Shown: positions 41,149-50,912 of the stretch, piece by piece
Layout: every line of letters begins with the position of its first letter
Numbering within the stretch: position 1 is the first letter of the stretch
Source of the DNA: Spirochaetota bacterium
GTDB lineage: Bacteria; Spirochaetota; UBA6919; CBDBPB01
Assembly: GCA_965208615.1 (NCBI GenBank)
Contig: CBDBPB010000003.1
Coordinates: 32,001 to 96,000 of the forward strand
Direction of reading: 5' to 3'
Length of the DNA stretch: 64,000 bases
Notes under the pieces: generated by a model
Database searches by the model: none
Told to the model about the DNA's origin: nothing
Seen by the model: only the letters and a program-made list of their open reading frames with translations
Program-made: the position numbers and the translations under genes

Positions 41149-42258
41149 CTAAATAATAGACTTAACCTTAAGACCGAATAAATCTCCGATAATTTTTTTT
41201 GTACAAAATCCTTTATGAGTATAGATTCCTTGAACAAATCCCAAGTCTTTTTGGATTAGTCCTTCTATTCCCACTTTTCCAATATCTATGAGATACGGTA
41301 AAATAGCATTTGTAAGAGCAGAAGTTGCTGTTCTGGAAACCATAGACGGAACATTGGGAACACAATAATGTATTACATTATGAATATTTATAACAGGATC
41401 TGTAATAGTAGTTGGACGACTGGTTTCTATACACCCGCCCTGATCAATAGAGAAATCCATTATAAGGGATTGAGGTTTCATAGTTTTGACCATATCTTCA
41501 CTAACCAAAAGTGGAGACTTTGCACCATGAATATATATACATCCAATTAAAACATCAGCAAATTGAACCATTTTACTTATATTATGAGGAGTGGCTGTAG
41601 CAGTGATTACCTGTTTATTTGTAATTGCCTCTATTTTTCTTAGATTATCAATGTTAATATCCAATATAACTACTTGACATCCTAAAGATATAAACGACAT
41701 AGTGGCATTTCTACCCACAACTCCACTACCTAAAATGACTATAGTTGCGGGTGGTACACCAGGAATGCCTCCTAATAAAATACCTTTACCACCATATTGA
41801 TTTTGTAAAAATTGAGCGGCAATATGTATACCAAGACGTCCAGCTATTTGGCTCATAGGGGATAGTATAGGAGGTCTACCAGATTCACTTCCTTCAATAA
41901 CCTCATAGCCGATAATAGTGATTTTTTTGTTGAGGAGTTTTTCTAAGGATTCTTTTTTAGCAACGGCCATATGGTGGAAACTAAAAACTTTTTGTTTGTT
42001 TACTAATAAGTTAATTTCTGTATCAGTAAGGGGGGATACCTTTAAGAGAATTTCACCTCTTTTAAAGGCCTCATCTGTGGAATAAACAATTTGTCCTCCA
42101 GCTTTAACAAAGTCTTCATCTGGATGACCACAATCATTACCAGCACCTGATTCAATAAAAACTCTATGTCCCAAATGAGTAAGGGAGGAAACTCCACTTG
42201 GGTTTAGCCCTACTCTGGACTCGTTAACCTGATTCTCTTTGACTATGGTAAAATCCAT
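41149..42258 (-). CDS. ald: Alanine dehydrogenase-like protein
   Basis: KE....E.RV, PMS.IAG, G.G.LLGG.PGV, G.GVVG, IDQGGC.ETS, HYCV.N.P. Confidence 0.82.
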   Translation of the reverse strand: MDFTIVKENQVNESRVGLNPSGVSSLTHLGHRVFIESGAGNDCGHPDEDFVKAGGQIVYSTDEAFKRGEILLKVSPLTDTEINLLVNKQKVFSFHHMAVAKKESLEKLLNKKITIIGYEVIEGSESGRPPILSPMSQIAGRLGIHIAAQFLQNQYGGKGILLGGIPGVPPATIVILGSGVVGRNATMSFISLGCQVVILDINIDNLRKIEAITNKQVITATATPHNISKMVQFADVLIGCIYIHGAKSPLLVSEDMVKTMKPQSLIMDFSIDQGGCIETSRPTTITDPVINIHNVIHYCVPNVPSMVSRTATSALTNAILPYLIDIGKVGIEGLIQKDLGFVQGIYTHKGFCTKKIIGDLFGLKVKSII

Positions 42259-42365
42259 ATAAATCTACTCATATAGTTTAGTATTACAAAGCATATATCA
42301 ATAGCCTTAATTTATAAGGCCTTAATATGCATTAAGTAACACCTTAATAACTAGAATAGATTTAT

Positions 42366-43553
42366 TTATTCAGATTTTTCCATATCTTCGTCGCGAGAAA
42401 TACCAATCTTTTTATAAAAAATATCTTCTACCGTATGTTTTATAACCTGCCATAATAACTCTTTACTTTTACACCTAGAAAACACCCCAAGAGGAACTTG
42501 AAATCCACCTTTATCCCTACGTCCTCCGCCATACGGTTTTCCTTCTTCGCTAACACCAAATAAATCTTTAATCCACTTATCAGGGTCAAGGGTATGGCTT
42601 ACTGTTCTTAAGGAGCCGTCAATGTAGTTATTTCCTATAATAGCATATACTACAACGGTTTCAATGCCTTCTCTGCGTAAGAGAAAGTCAGCGGCTTGAG
42701 CTATTCCGTCTCTATCTTCTTCTCTAACAAATCCTACTCCAGAAAAAAGAAAGGTACCCTTAATATCTTTATTTTGAAGAGCTGTTTGAATAATATCCAT
42801 TGTTTTTGCAGAAAGTGATTGATGTGAAATACTGTTTAAAAGATCTATATCAGCACGATGACTAAGATAAGCTGCTGCAATAAAATCAATTTCTTTAGCT
42901 GTAACAAAGTCATCGGTATCGCTTCTAATTCCGTACATAAGGGCAGTAGCTAATCTTGCCGCTTCAGGGTTACCAAGTTCAAGATCGACTTCACCTTGTA
43001 TGAGGTATTCTGTATATATAGCACATGTTGAACCAGCATTCTCTCTTATATCAGTAAAGATAGCCTCGTTTAAACCAAGGTTTTTATGATGATCAACCAA
43101 AATTAACGGAGTTATATTATTTGGAATGTTAATAGGAAGATAAGTATTAGGAGTATCACTAAAAACAAGATATTTATAAGGGGATAAGTCAAATCCATTG
43201 TTATAGTGAACAAGTTCTATTCCTAATTTTTTAACAAGAGCCTGATTTTCTTGATGACTAATTTCGTCAAAGTGCAAAATTGTTGACTCTATACCAAAAA
43301 ACGATGCAATATATTGAAATGCCAAAGAAGATGCAATACTATCCGGATCAGGGTAGCCTTTTATAATTACCAAGACTTTTTGATCTTTTGCTTTTTTTAT
43401 TGTTTCGAAAAAGATTTCAGGCTTTGATATATATTTTTTTTTATTATCAGCTTCCGAAAGAGAATTTTTATCTTTTAGATTTCCATTATTATCGCTTAAC
43501 TTCATTTTTACTAAGCTGTTGGTTTTTTCTTTCACTTTTTTGGGCATAAACAC
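42366..43553 (-). CDS. DHH/DHHA1 family phosphoesterase (NrnA-like)
   Basis: PDPDS, VDHH, GIRSDT, SLR, GGGR. Confidence 0.88.
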   Translation of the reverse strand: MFMPKKVKEKTNSLVKMKLSDNNGNLKDKNSLSEADNKKKYISKPEIFFETIKKAKDQKVLVIIKGYPDPDSIASSLAFQYIASFFGIESTILHFDEISHQENQALVKKLGIELVHYNNGFDLSPYKYLVFSDTPNTYLPINIPNNITPLILVDHHKNLGLNEAIFTDIRENAGSTCAIYTEYLIQGEVDLELGNPEAARLATALMYGIRSDTDDFVTAKEIDFIAAAYLSHRADIDLLNSISHQSLSAKTMDIIQTALQNKDIKGTFLFSGVGFVREEDRDGIAQAADFLLRREGIETVVVYAIIGNNYIDGSLRTVSHTLDPDKWIKDLFGVSEEGKPYGGGRRDKGGFQVPLGVFSRCKSKELLWQVIKHTVEDIFYKKIGISRDEDMEKSE

Positions 43554-43704
43554 ATCCTCAAAATAAGAAACTTTTTACAAACCTTATTAAAAATATAACA
43601 CTGTTGATCACAATATAAAATAGTTCGACAAATGTTATTTGTCAACTTTTTATTTAATTTATAGTAAAATGATTATTTTTTTTATATGGAGATTAAAAAT
43701 ATTA

Positions 43705-44151
43705 TTATTTTGGTCTAACTACCCATTGAACATCCCATAAAGACATATTCTTTTTTAAGCATATTATAGTACCGGTAGAAAATTGAATATTATTATCATT
43801 TTCTACTAGTCCGGTTAAACTAGACGCAAGTTTATTCATATATGGTAGATGGCCTACAAACATGATATCATCATTATTTTTTGATATAAAGTTACAAATA
43901 TAGCTAATATCATCGAGTGGTAATAAGCCATCTTTTTTTACTATTCCTAGTTCAGAGTTTATAGTTTTGGATAAGAGTTTAGCAGTTTGTTCAGCTCTTA
44001 GTTTACTGCTGTGATAAATTGCTTTTACTTTTATATTTTTATGGCTAATGAGACTAGCAATACTTTTTATTTCTGCTATACCCTTTTCTGACAATGGATT
44101 TTTATGAACAAAATCGCTAGCATTACCATGACGGACTAAATAAAGGTACAT
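43705..44151 (-). CDS. sixA: Phosphohistidine phosphatase SixA
   Basis: LYLVRHG, LS.KG, SS..RA.QTA, VGHLP. Confidence 0.9.
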   Translation of the reverse strand: MYLYLVRHGNASDFVHKNPLSEKGIAEIKSIASLISHKNIKVKAIYHSSKLRAEQTAKLLSKTINSELGIVKKDGLLPLDDISYICNFISKNNDDIMFVGHLPYMNKLASSLTGLVENDNNIQFSTGTIICLKKNMSLWDVQWVVRPK

Positions 44152-44645
44152 TTCATCACCTAATATACTTTAGGATTTAGATAGAGTTAGTAACTGTTAA
44201 TATATATGAAACCAACACATAATACTTAATAAAATTAAGTATACTATCGTTAATAATCAAATATAAATAAAATAAACTTAATTTATAAAAAAAAATATTT
44301 TAATAGGCTATTATTTTATAAAATGTTATAGTGGGCTATAGTAAAAAGGTTTTAGTTTGGTTAATTTTGATAGATATAAAGAGTTTTATTATTTTCAATT
44401 CGCATAGAAAACATATAATGTCAATATAGAATATTCTAATAATCTGCCATATCTCTTATGGAAAGGCAAATCCCTTATCACTTAATAAAGGTATATAATT
44501 CTTAGCCAAAAAAAGAATATAACACTATTGTTAGATGAATTTTATATATATTGCTGGAGTTTAAATGTACAACTTGCTTACTTACATTGTTAAAACAATT
44601 AATAATAATTATAATATAAATAACGAGGATAAATATAATAAAAAG

Positions 44646-45464
44646 TTATTTCAACTTCTTTAGTTTAATATCCACTCTTCTAAGGGCTGTCTTTATCTTA
44701 GCCGAATAACCCTTACTAAGATTATCCGAAAAACTTTTACTAATATCTTTTAAATATTTATTATAATCCTTTTTAGCATCATTAAGAACACTTATAGCCT
44801 TATCCTTTTGATTAAGCTTTAAATAAGACATAGCCATATACTCTTTTACTAAACCCTTAGACTCCATAGCCAAAGGAAAAATATAAGAGTTAGCATATTT
44901 TGTGATAACACTATTATAACTTATATATGCAGTCTTATATGACTTCAATGCTTTATCATACTCACCTTTAATATAATGGTTATAACCTATATTTAAAAAA
45001 CCATTAGCCATGTTATATAAAGCCTCACCAGCAAATATAAAACCTTTTTCCTCAGAAGCCTTATTAAAGTATTCATTAGCTTTGTCATAATCCTTAAGTG
45101 AATAGTAAACTATTCCCATATTATATTGGGATAAATAACTATATATACTATTATCAGATACCTTAAGAAGGTTTTCAAATCCACTTTTCATCTTAGCTAT
45201 ATTCTTTTCATCAAAATATATTTTATCATCTTTCTTTGCTATATTATCAGTTTTATTAATAAGATCCTTTGTTGTAGCATCATAATATAAATTAGCCAGC
45301 TTAATATTCTGTCCTTTTGAATAAAAAACAAAAATAACTACCATGATAATAAGCAAAAGTACTGTAGAAAGTCCTGTTAGAACTAATTTTCTATTTTTCT
45401 CGATCCATGCAAGAGCCTTATTAGAAAACTCTATAAAAAAATCATGTTTTTCTTTCTTTGTCAT
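44646..45464 (-). CDS. Membrane-anchored TPR protein (YfgM-like)
   Basis: Single N-terminal TM after WIEKN.K; TPR-like helices. Confidence 0.75.
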   Translation of the reverse strand: MTKKEKHDFFIEFSNKALAWIEKNRKLVLTGLSTVLLLIIMVVIFVFYSKGQNIKLANLYYDATTKDLINKTDNIAKKDDKIYFDEKNIAKMKSGFENLLKVSDNSIYSYLSQYNMGIVYYSLKDYDKANEYFNKASEEKGFIFAGEALYNMANGFLNIGYNHYIKGEYDKALKSYKTAYISYNSVITKYANSYIFPLAMESKGLVKEYMAMSYLKLNQKDKAISVLNDAKKDYNKYLKDISKSFSDNLSKGYSAKIKTALRRVDIKLKKLK

Positions 45465-45467
45465 AGT

Positions 45468-47273
45468 CTATTCCAGAGGATTATTTTTAAGTTTATCAAA
45501 GTCGATCAAATCACCAAGGGTAACCTTAGAACTATCCGAAGAGCTTTTACTATACTTTTCTATTGCCATTTGCTCAATCCTTCTTTCATACTCTTTCTTA
45601 CTAAGGGATATCTGTTGCTTTTTTATATCCACTTTTATAACAGAGCAGTCAACTACATCACCTATATTATATATATTTTCAACAGCCTCATCTCTTTTTT
45701 TCAGCATTTCGGATACATGTAAAAATCCATCAATATTATTTTCTATTTCAATAAAAATACCTATCTCTACAATTTTATTGATCTTACCCTTTATAATACT
45801 CCCTTTAGGATGGTTAGCTTTAAATATCTCCCATGGATTATCCAAAAGTTGTTTTAATCCTAAAGAAATTATTTGTTTTTCTTTATCAGTCTTAAGAATA
45901 ATGACATCTATTTTTTGTCCTTTTTTAAAACGCTTATCCTTTTTAAGATTGGTAATAGGCTTTTTTGTCCAATCAATATCTTTTACACGAAGAAGACCTG
46001 TAAGTTCATCATCTATCTCAATAAAAACACCAAAGTCAGTTACTGCTCTAATTACTCCTTCTATCTTTTTTCCTTCTGGATATTTTTCATAAACAAAATC
46101 CCATGGATTATCCAATATCTGCTTTAGACCAAGGGATAACTTACGATTTTCTTTGTCCATATCCAATATTGATGCTTGTATATGTTCACCCACTTTCAGT
46201 ATCTGTTTTGGATGAGATATTTTTTTAGTCCATGAAAGTTCATTTACATGGAGTAGTCCTTCAATACCGTCCTTAACCCTTACAAAAGCTCCATAGTCTG
46301 CGAGTTTAACTACTTCTCCAGAAATAACATCATTATTTTTATATTCTCTACTAAATACTTCCCATGGATCTTCACTAAGCTGCTTAATCCCAAGAGTAAC
46401 TTTTTGTTGATCTATATCGATTTTTAGTATTTTTACCTCTAACTCAATACCTTCAGAAATGTAATCACGACAATTACGTAAATGACTCCATGAAACCTCT
46501 TTAATTGGAATAAATCCATCAATGGCTCCAAGATCAACAAAGGCTCCGTAATCCAAAACATTTTTTACTTTTCCAGATATAATATCCCCTTCCTTGTTGG
46601 AGTTAAAGAACTTATCTTTTTCTATAGCTATTTTTTCCTCTAAGAACTCTCTTCTGGATAAGACTATATTATTCTTTTCAGCATCATATTTTGCAATTTT
46701 AAAGTCAAATGTTTTATTAATATATTCTTTTGGATTAGATACCCGTCGTACATCTAATTGAGAACCGGGTAAGAAAGCCTCAACTCTTCCACTCATCCCA
46801 ACAACATAGCCACCTTTTATTTCCTTTAAAATTTTTCCTTTAATAGGCATCTTTTCATCAAAGTTTTTGGCAATCAGTTTTTTAGTATCCACCTCATCAG
46901 CTTTTTCCTTACTAAGAATAACGTTACCATGGGCATCTTCTCTTGTTATAACCATGACTCTAACTTCATCACCAACCTTTACAGGAGAGTTAAACTCATC
47001 AGCATCAACCTTACCCTCAGACTTATACCCTACATCAATAAATATCTGATTTCCTTGGATATTGGCAACCTTACCATTAATAATGTCGCCATTTTTTAGC
47101 TCAGTAAATGACTTTTCATACATTTCTTCAAAAGATTCCATATCTATATTATTAAGCGCTCCTGTATCGAATGATTTTCTGTCTTCTTTAATAGACTTTT
47201 TTTTATTATGTCCTTCACCTATAGAACCCTCTTTCTTTTGAACAATAACAATTTTTTTCTTATCTTCCGCCAT
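45468..47273 (-). CDS. rpsA: 30S ribosomal protein S1
   Basis: Six S1 repeats (D.GYKSEG, AFLPGSQ, YGAFV, GLLH..ELSW, SLG.KQ), C-terminal TLGD. Confidence 0.97.
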   Translation of the reverse strand: MAEDKKKIVIVQKKEGSIGEGHNKKKSIKEDRKSFDTGALNNIDMESFEEMYEKSFTELKNGDIINGKVANIQGNQIFIDVGYKSEGKVDADEFNSPVKVGDEVRVMVITREDAHGNVILSKEKADEVDTKKLIAKNFDEKMPIKGKILKEIKGGYVVGMSGRVEAFLPGSQLDVRRVSNPKEYINKTFDFKIAKYDAEKNNIVLSRREFLEEKIAIEKDKFFNSNKEGDIISGKVKNVLDYGAFVDLGAIDGFIPIKEVSWSHLRNCRDYISEGIELEVKILKIDIDQQKVTLGIKQLSEDPWEVFSREYKNNDVISGEVVKLADYGAFVRVKDGIEGLLHVNELSWTKKISHPKQILKVGEHIQASILDMDKENRKLSLGLKQILDNPWDFVYEKYPEGKKIEGVIRAVTDFGVFIEIDDELTGLLRVKDIDWTKKPITNLKKDKRFKKGQKIDVIILKTDKEKQIISLGLKQLLDNPWEIFKANHPKGSIIKGKINKIVEIGIFIEIENNIDGFLHVSEMLKKRDEAVENIYNIGDVVDCSVIKVDIKKQQISLSKKEYERRIEQMAIEKYSKSSSDSSKVTLGDLIDFDKLKNNPLE

Positions 47274-47405
47274 AAAACCACCCCCGTTTATATTATTAAG
47301 TTAGCTTTATACATTTAAGTTAGATTTATTAGCATATTTAAATTGAAGGATTAGTTATTTTTAAGACCTTACAAACGGATAAGTATAAATTAGTTTCAAG
47401 ATAAA

Positions 47406-48275
47406 TTACATTAAAGAAACTAACTTTTCCCTAAACTCTTTAGCCTTCAATAAATATTCCATAATACTATGCTTATCATCGTTAATAAGCAAATCAGTAA
47501 ACTCACGCAGCTTATTCTGAAATCTATGAATAGCCTTAATCATATTATCTTTGTTAGACGTAAAAATATCTAACCACATTTGTGGATCTCCTTCAGCAAT
47601 ACGTGTAGTATCCAATAAGCCATTACCAAAAATACCACTTTTTATATCGTCATTATCCAAAGAGTACAACAACGTATACGAAAGACAACTGGCAACTAAA
47701 TGTGTAAGATGACTAGTCTCACAAACAACCCTATCATGATAAAAAGATGATAGCTTAATAGTTCTAGCTCCCAAAGCCTCCCAAAATAAACTAACCCTCT
47801 TAACCAGCTCCTTATTACTATGATCATCCTCAGTAACTATAACTAATGCATTCTTATAAAGATTAGCTGTAGCTGATTCAACTCCAGTTTTCTCAGAGCC
47901 AGCCATAGGATGTGAACCAATAAAATTACTATCTGAACCAAACTTTTTATAAATATTATTTACTACCTCAAACTTAGTACTTCCAACATCAGTAACCACA
48001 CAATTATTTTTTAAAAAAGAGCGTATCTTACCAAAAATACTAGGAATAACTTTAACAGGTGTACATACTATAACAATATCACAATTACTAATACCCTCAC
48101 TATAACTTAAAAAATACTCATCAATAGCATTAAGCTTAATAGCATGGTCTAACTTACTTTTGTCCCTACCAAAACCGATTACTTTTACACCGGATAATCT
48201 CTCCTTGCAAGCAAGCCCAATAGACCCTCCCAACATCCCTACACCAATTATAGCAATCCTGTTAACAAAATCCAA
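47406..48275 (-). CDS. tyrA: Prephenate/arogenate dehydrogenase
   Basis: G.G.LGGS, TDVGSTK, GSHPMAGSE, HD...SHL.H, TRIA. Confidence 0.93.
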   Translation of the reverse strand: MDFVNRIAIIGVGMLGGSIGLACKERLSGVKVIGFGRDKSKLDHAIKLNAIDEYFLSYSEGISNCDIVIVCTPVKVIPSIFGKIRSFLKNNCVVTDVGSTKFEVVNNIYKKFGSDSNFIGSHPMAGSEKTGVESATANLYKNALVIVTEDDHSNKELVKRVSLFWEALGARTIKLSSFYHDRVVCETSHLTHLVASCLSYTLLYSLDNDDIKSGIFGNGLLDTTRIAEGDPQMWLDIFTSNKDNMIKAIHRFQNKLREFTDLLINDDKHSIMEYLLKAKEFREKLVSLM

Positions 48276-48288
48276 TTAAACCTTTCTC

Positions 48289-49305
48289 CTATAAAATCTT
48301 TCTACCAACAGCAAGAGCGATAGGTCTTAATTCGCCCATCAAAGAGTCAAAATGTAATGGAGTAAGACTTTGTTCTCCATCGACTAAAGCCTCTTCAGGA
48401 TTCTGATGAACCTCAATTAATAAACCATCAGCACCAGCGGCAATACTTGCCTTTGATAAAGTACTAACATAAGCTCTCTTACCACAAGCATGACTAGGAT
48501 CAATAATAATAGGTAAATGACTGAGTTCCTTTATAACAGGTACTGCATTTAAATCAAGGGTATTACGAGTGCTAGTCTCAAAAGTTCTAATACCCCTTTC
48601 ACAAAGAATAACATTATAATTACCCTGAGCCATAATATATTCAGCACTCATAAGCCATTCTTTTATAGTAGAACTAAGCCCTCTCTTTAATAATACAGGT
48701 TTATCAGTCTTTCCAACCTCACTAAGTAAACTAAAATTCTGCATATTCCTAGTACCTATTTGGAGTATATCAGAATATTTATATACCATGTCTACTTGTC
48801 TTGTGTCCATAACCTCGGTACAAATAGCTAACCCTGTTTCTTTACTGGCATTAGCCAATATCTTAAGGCCATCCTCACCATGACCCTGAAAAGAATAAGG
48901 TGATGTTCTAGGCTTAAAAGCCCCACCCCTTAATATAGTGGCTCCATATTTTTTTACCAGTTTAGCTGTATTAATAGTCTGTTCCTCAGTTTCTACAGTA
49001 CACGGTCCAGCAATAATAGCTATATTTTTATTACCTATAACATTATCTTTTATCTTAATCTTAGTATTGTCAGGATGAAACTCCCTACTGGCCAATTTGT
49101 AAGGTTTTAATACAGGCATAACCTTCTCTACACCGCTAATAGCCTCTATAGGTTTATCAGTTAAAAGTCTCTCATCGCCTATTACACCAATAATTGATCT
49201 TTCACTTCCTTCCGATATATGAGTTCTAAGGCCAAGAGACTCTATTTTGTCTTTAATATGCTTTACCTCATCCTTTGTAACATTAGGCTTTAATACTATA
49301 ATCAT
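48289..49305 (-). CDS. aroF: DAHP synthase type I-beta with N-terminal regulatory domain
   Basis: IAGPC.VE, RGGAFKPRTSPYSFQG, G.RNMQN, CERGIRTFE, DPSH. Confidence 0.95.
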   Translation of the reverse strand: MIIVLKPNVTKDEVKHIKDKIESLGLRTHISEGSERSIIGVIGDERLLTDKPIEAISGVEKVMPVLKPYKLASREFHPDNTKIKIKDNVIGNKNIAIIAGPCTVETEEQTINTAKLVKKYGATILRGGAFKPRTSPYSFQGHGEDGLKILANASKETGLAICTEVMDTRQVDMVYKYSDILQIGTRNMQNFSLLSEVGKTDKPVLLKRGLSSTIKEWLMSAEYIMAQGNYNVILCERGIRTFETSTRNTLDLNAVPVIKELSHLPIIIDPSHACGKRAYVSTLSKASIAAGADGLLIEVHQNPEEALVDGEQSLTPLHFDSLMGELRPIALAVGRKIL

Positions 49306-49318
49306 ATACTCCCCATTA

Positions 49319-50464
49319 TCAATTGGAATTAAGACCTTTAGGATAAGAACCTAAGGTTTTTACATCATAACAAATATGTCTTATTTTATTAATGGCATCC
49401 TTAAAAACGAGATTAGATGAATGAGCTTCAATATCTATAAAAAATAAATATTCCCATGCCTTTTTTCTGGAAGGACGAGACTCAATCTTAGTTAAATTTA
49501 AATTAGCCTCTTGAAAAGGAGCTAATATTCTCATCAATGCTCCAGGTTTATCTTTAACAGTACAAATAATAGAGGTTTTATAGTCTACCTCAGTAAGATT
49601 ATCCGAAACAGTAATAATCCTCTCACCATTACTTCCATCCACCTTATAGCTCTCTTTAGCAATTACTAAAAACCTTGTTGTATTAGTACTTGCAGTTTGG
49701 ATGTTCTTAGCTAAAATACCTAAGCCGTATATATCAGCAGCAGCCTCACCGGCAATAGCAGCAGAATACTTATCCCACTCTACAATTTCAGCGGCTTTTG
49801 AATTACTAGTAGTTTCTATTTTCTCTACACCAGGTAATTTGCTATTCAGCCATAATCTACATTGAGCAAATGATTGAGTATGCGAATACACTTTTTTTAT
49901 TTGACTAATATCATCAAGCTGGCTAAGTAAGCAATGTACTATTGGTAAATATATTTCGGCAATAATATTAAGATTAGTATCAATCAACGAATCAAGAGTT
50001 CGATTTACCATTCCCTCATAAGAGTTCTCTACTGGCACTATACCATATTCAGCGTGATTATTTTCTACATAGCTAAAGACGTCGGGTATTGTAGTCATAG
50101 AGTGTGTTTCAGTAAAGTTACCAAACTCTCTAAGGCAGGCCAAATGAGTATATGAACCCTTAGGCCCTAAATACGCAACACTTACATTACTTTGAACTTC
50201 TCTAGAGGCTAATATAACCTCTTTAAAAATACTGAGAAGATTATTAGATGGGAATGGTCCAGTATTATAGTTCTTTAAATTGGACAGAATAACCTTTTCT
50301 CTGTCTGGATGATAAAAAGGTAAGTTATATTTTATTTTAACATCGCGTATACTTAACGCAGTTTTTGTTCTTGCATTAAGTAAATCAACAATTTTTTTAT
50401 CTATATCGTCAATTTGTTTTCTATAAGTATCCAATTGCTCTAGGTTTTTGTTAGCCTGAGACAA
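49319..50464 (-). CDS. pheA: Chorismate mutase / prephenate dehydratase
   Basis: R.QID.ID...LLNAR, YLGP.G, VPVENS.EG, TRF, NLTKIESRP. Confidence 0.95.
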   Translation of the reverse strand: MSQANKNLEQLDTYRKQIDDIDKKIVDLLNARTKTALSIRDVKIKYNLPFYHPDREKVILSNLKNYNTGPFPSNNLLSIFKEVILASREVQSNVSVAYLGPKGSYTHLACLREFGNFTETHSMTTIPDVFSYVENNHAEYGIVPVENSYEGMVNRTLDSLIDTNLNIIAEIYLPIVHCLLSQLDDISQIKKVYSHTQSFAQCRLWLNSKLPGVEKIETTSNSKAAEIVEWDKYSAAIAGEAAADIYGLGILAKNIQTASTNTTRFLVIAKESYKVDGSNGERIITVSDNLTEVDYKTSIICTVKDKPGALMRILAPFQEANLNLTKIESRPSRKKAWEYLFFIDIEAHSSNLVFKDAINKIRHICYDVKTLGSYPKGLNSN

Positions 50465-50622
50465 AATATAACCTCTCCATAGGGTAAGATAGCATCACAG
50501 TACTTAATATATCATTACGGATTATAACTTAAAGAGGATTATCAAATTATACTTCTGATACAGCTTTACCGCTAGTATTATTTTTACCTCAATTTTTAGA
50601 AGTACACTACTAGAAGATTATT

Positions 50623-50651
50623 AATATATAAAAAAAAACATCTAATGTCAA
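50623..50651 (-). promoter_or_regulatory. Sigma70-type promoter ~160 bp upstream of pheA
   Basis: TTGACA (50651-50646)-17 bp-TATATT (50628-50623). Confidence 0.65.
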
Positions 50652-50912
50652 TGGTTTTTATAAAAAGAGTTTATAATTATAATAAAGATTTTATTTCTTA
50701 GAATCGAATAACTTTAATTTATACTTATCGTTAGAAATAAAACTAGGACATTCCAAAATTTCAATGAAATCATATTGTTTACATTTAGAAATACACTTTT
50801 GACAAACCTTGTTTATAGCAAACACCATTGTATTATATCCCTAATAAATGAATATGTAAAAAAAGACTATAGATAACATAAATAAAAAATTATTTCGTTT
50901 AAGAGTATAGGT

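Noticed and set aside
44445-44600. GGAAAGGCAAATCCC as a c-di-GMP-I riboswitch, or a gene remnant
   Set aside because: The GAAA-tetraloop stem and second GCAAA element are missing, no same-strand gene follows, and the translations are stop-interrupted and unrecognisable
45343-46092. 249-aa plus-strand ORF
   Set aside because: Antisense shadow of rpsA and the TPR gene; Ser/Ile/Phe-rich composition typical of mirror frames
30700-50660. Recurrent AATGTCAAT motif in several spacers as a novel operator
   Set aside because: It is the reverse complement of the TTGACA -35 element of minus-strand promoters
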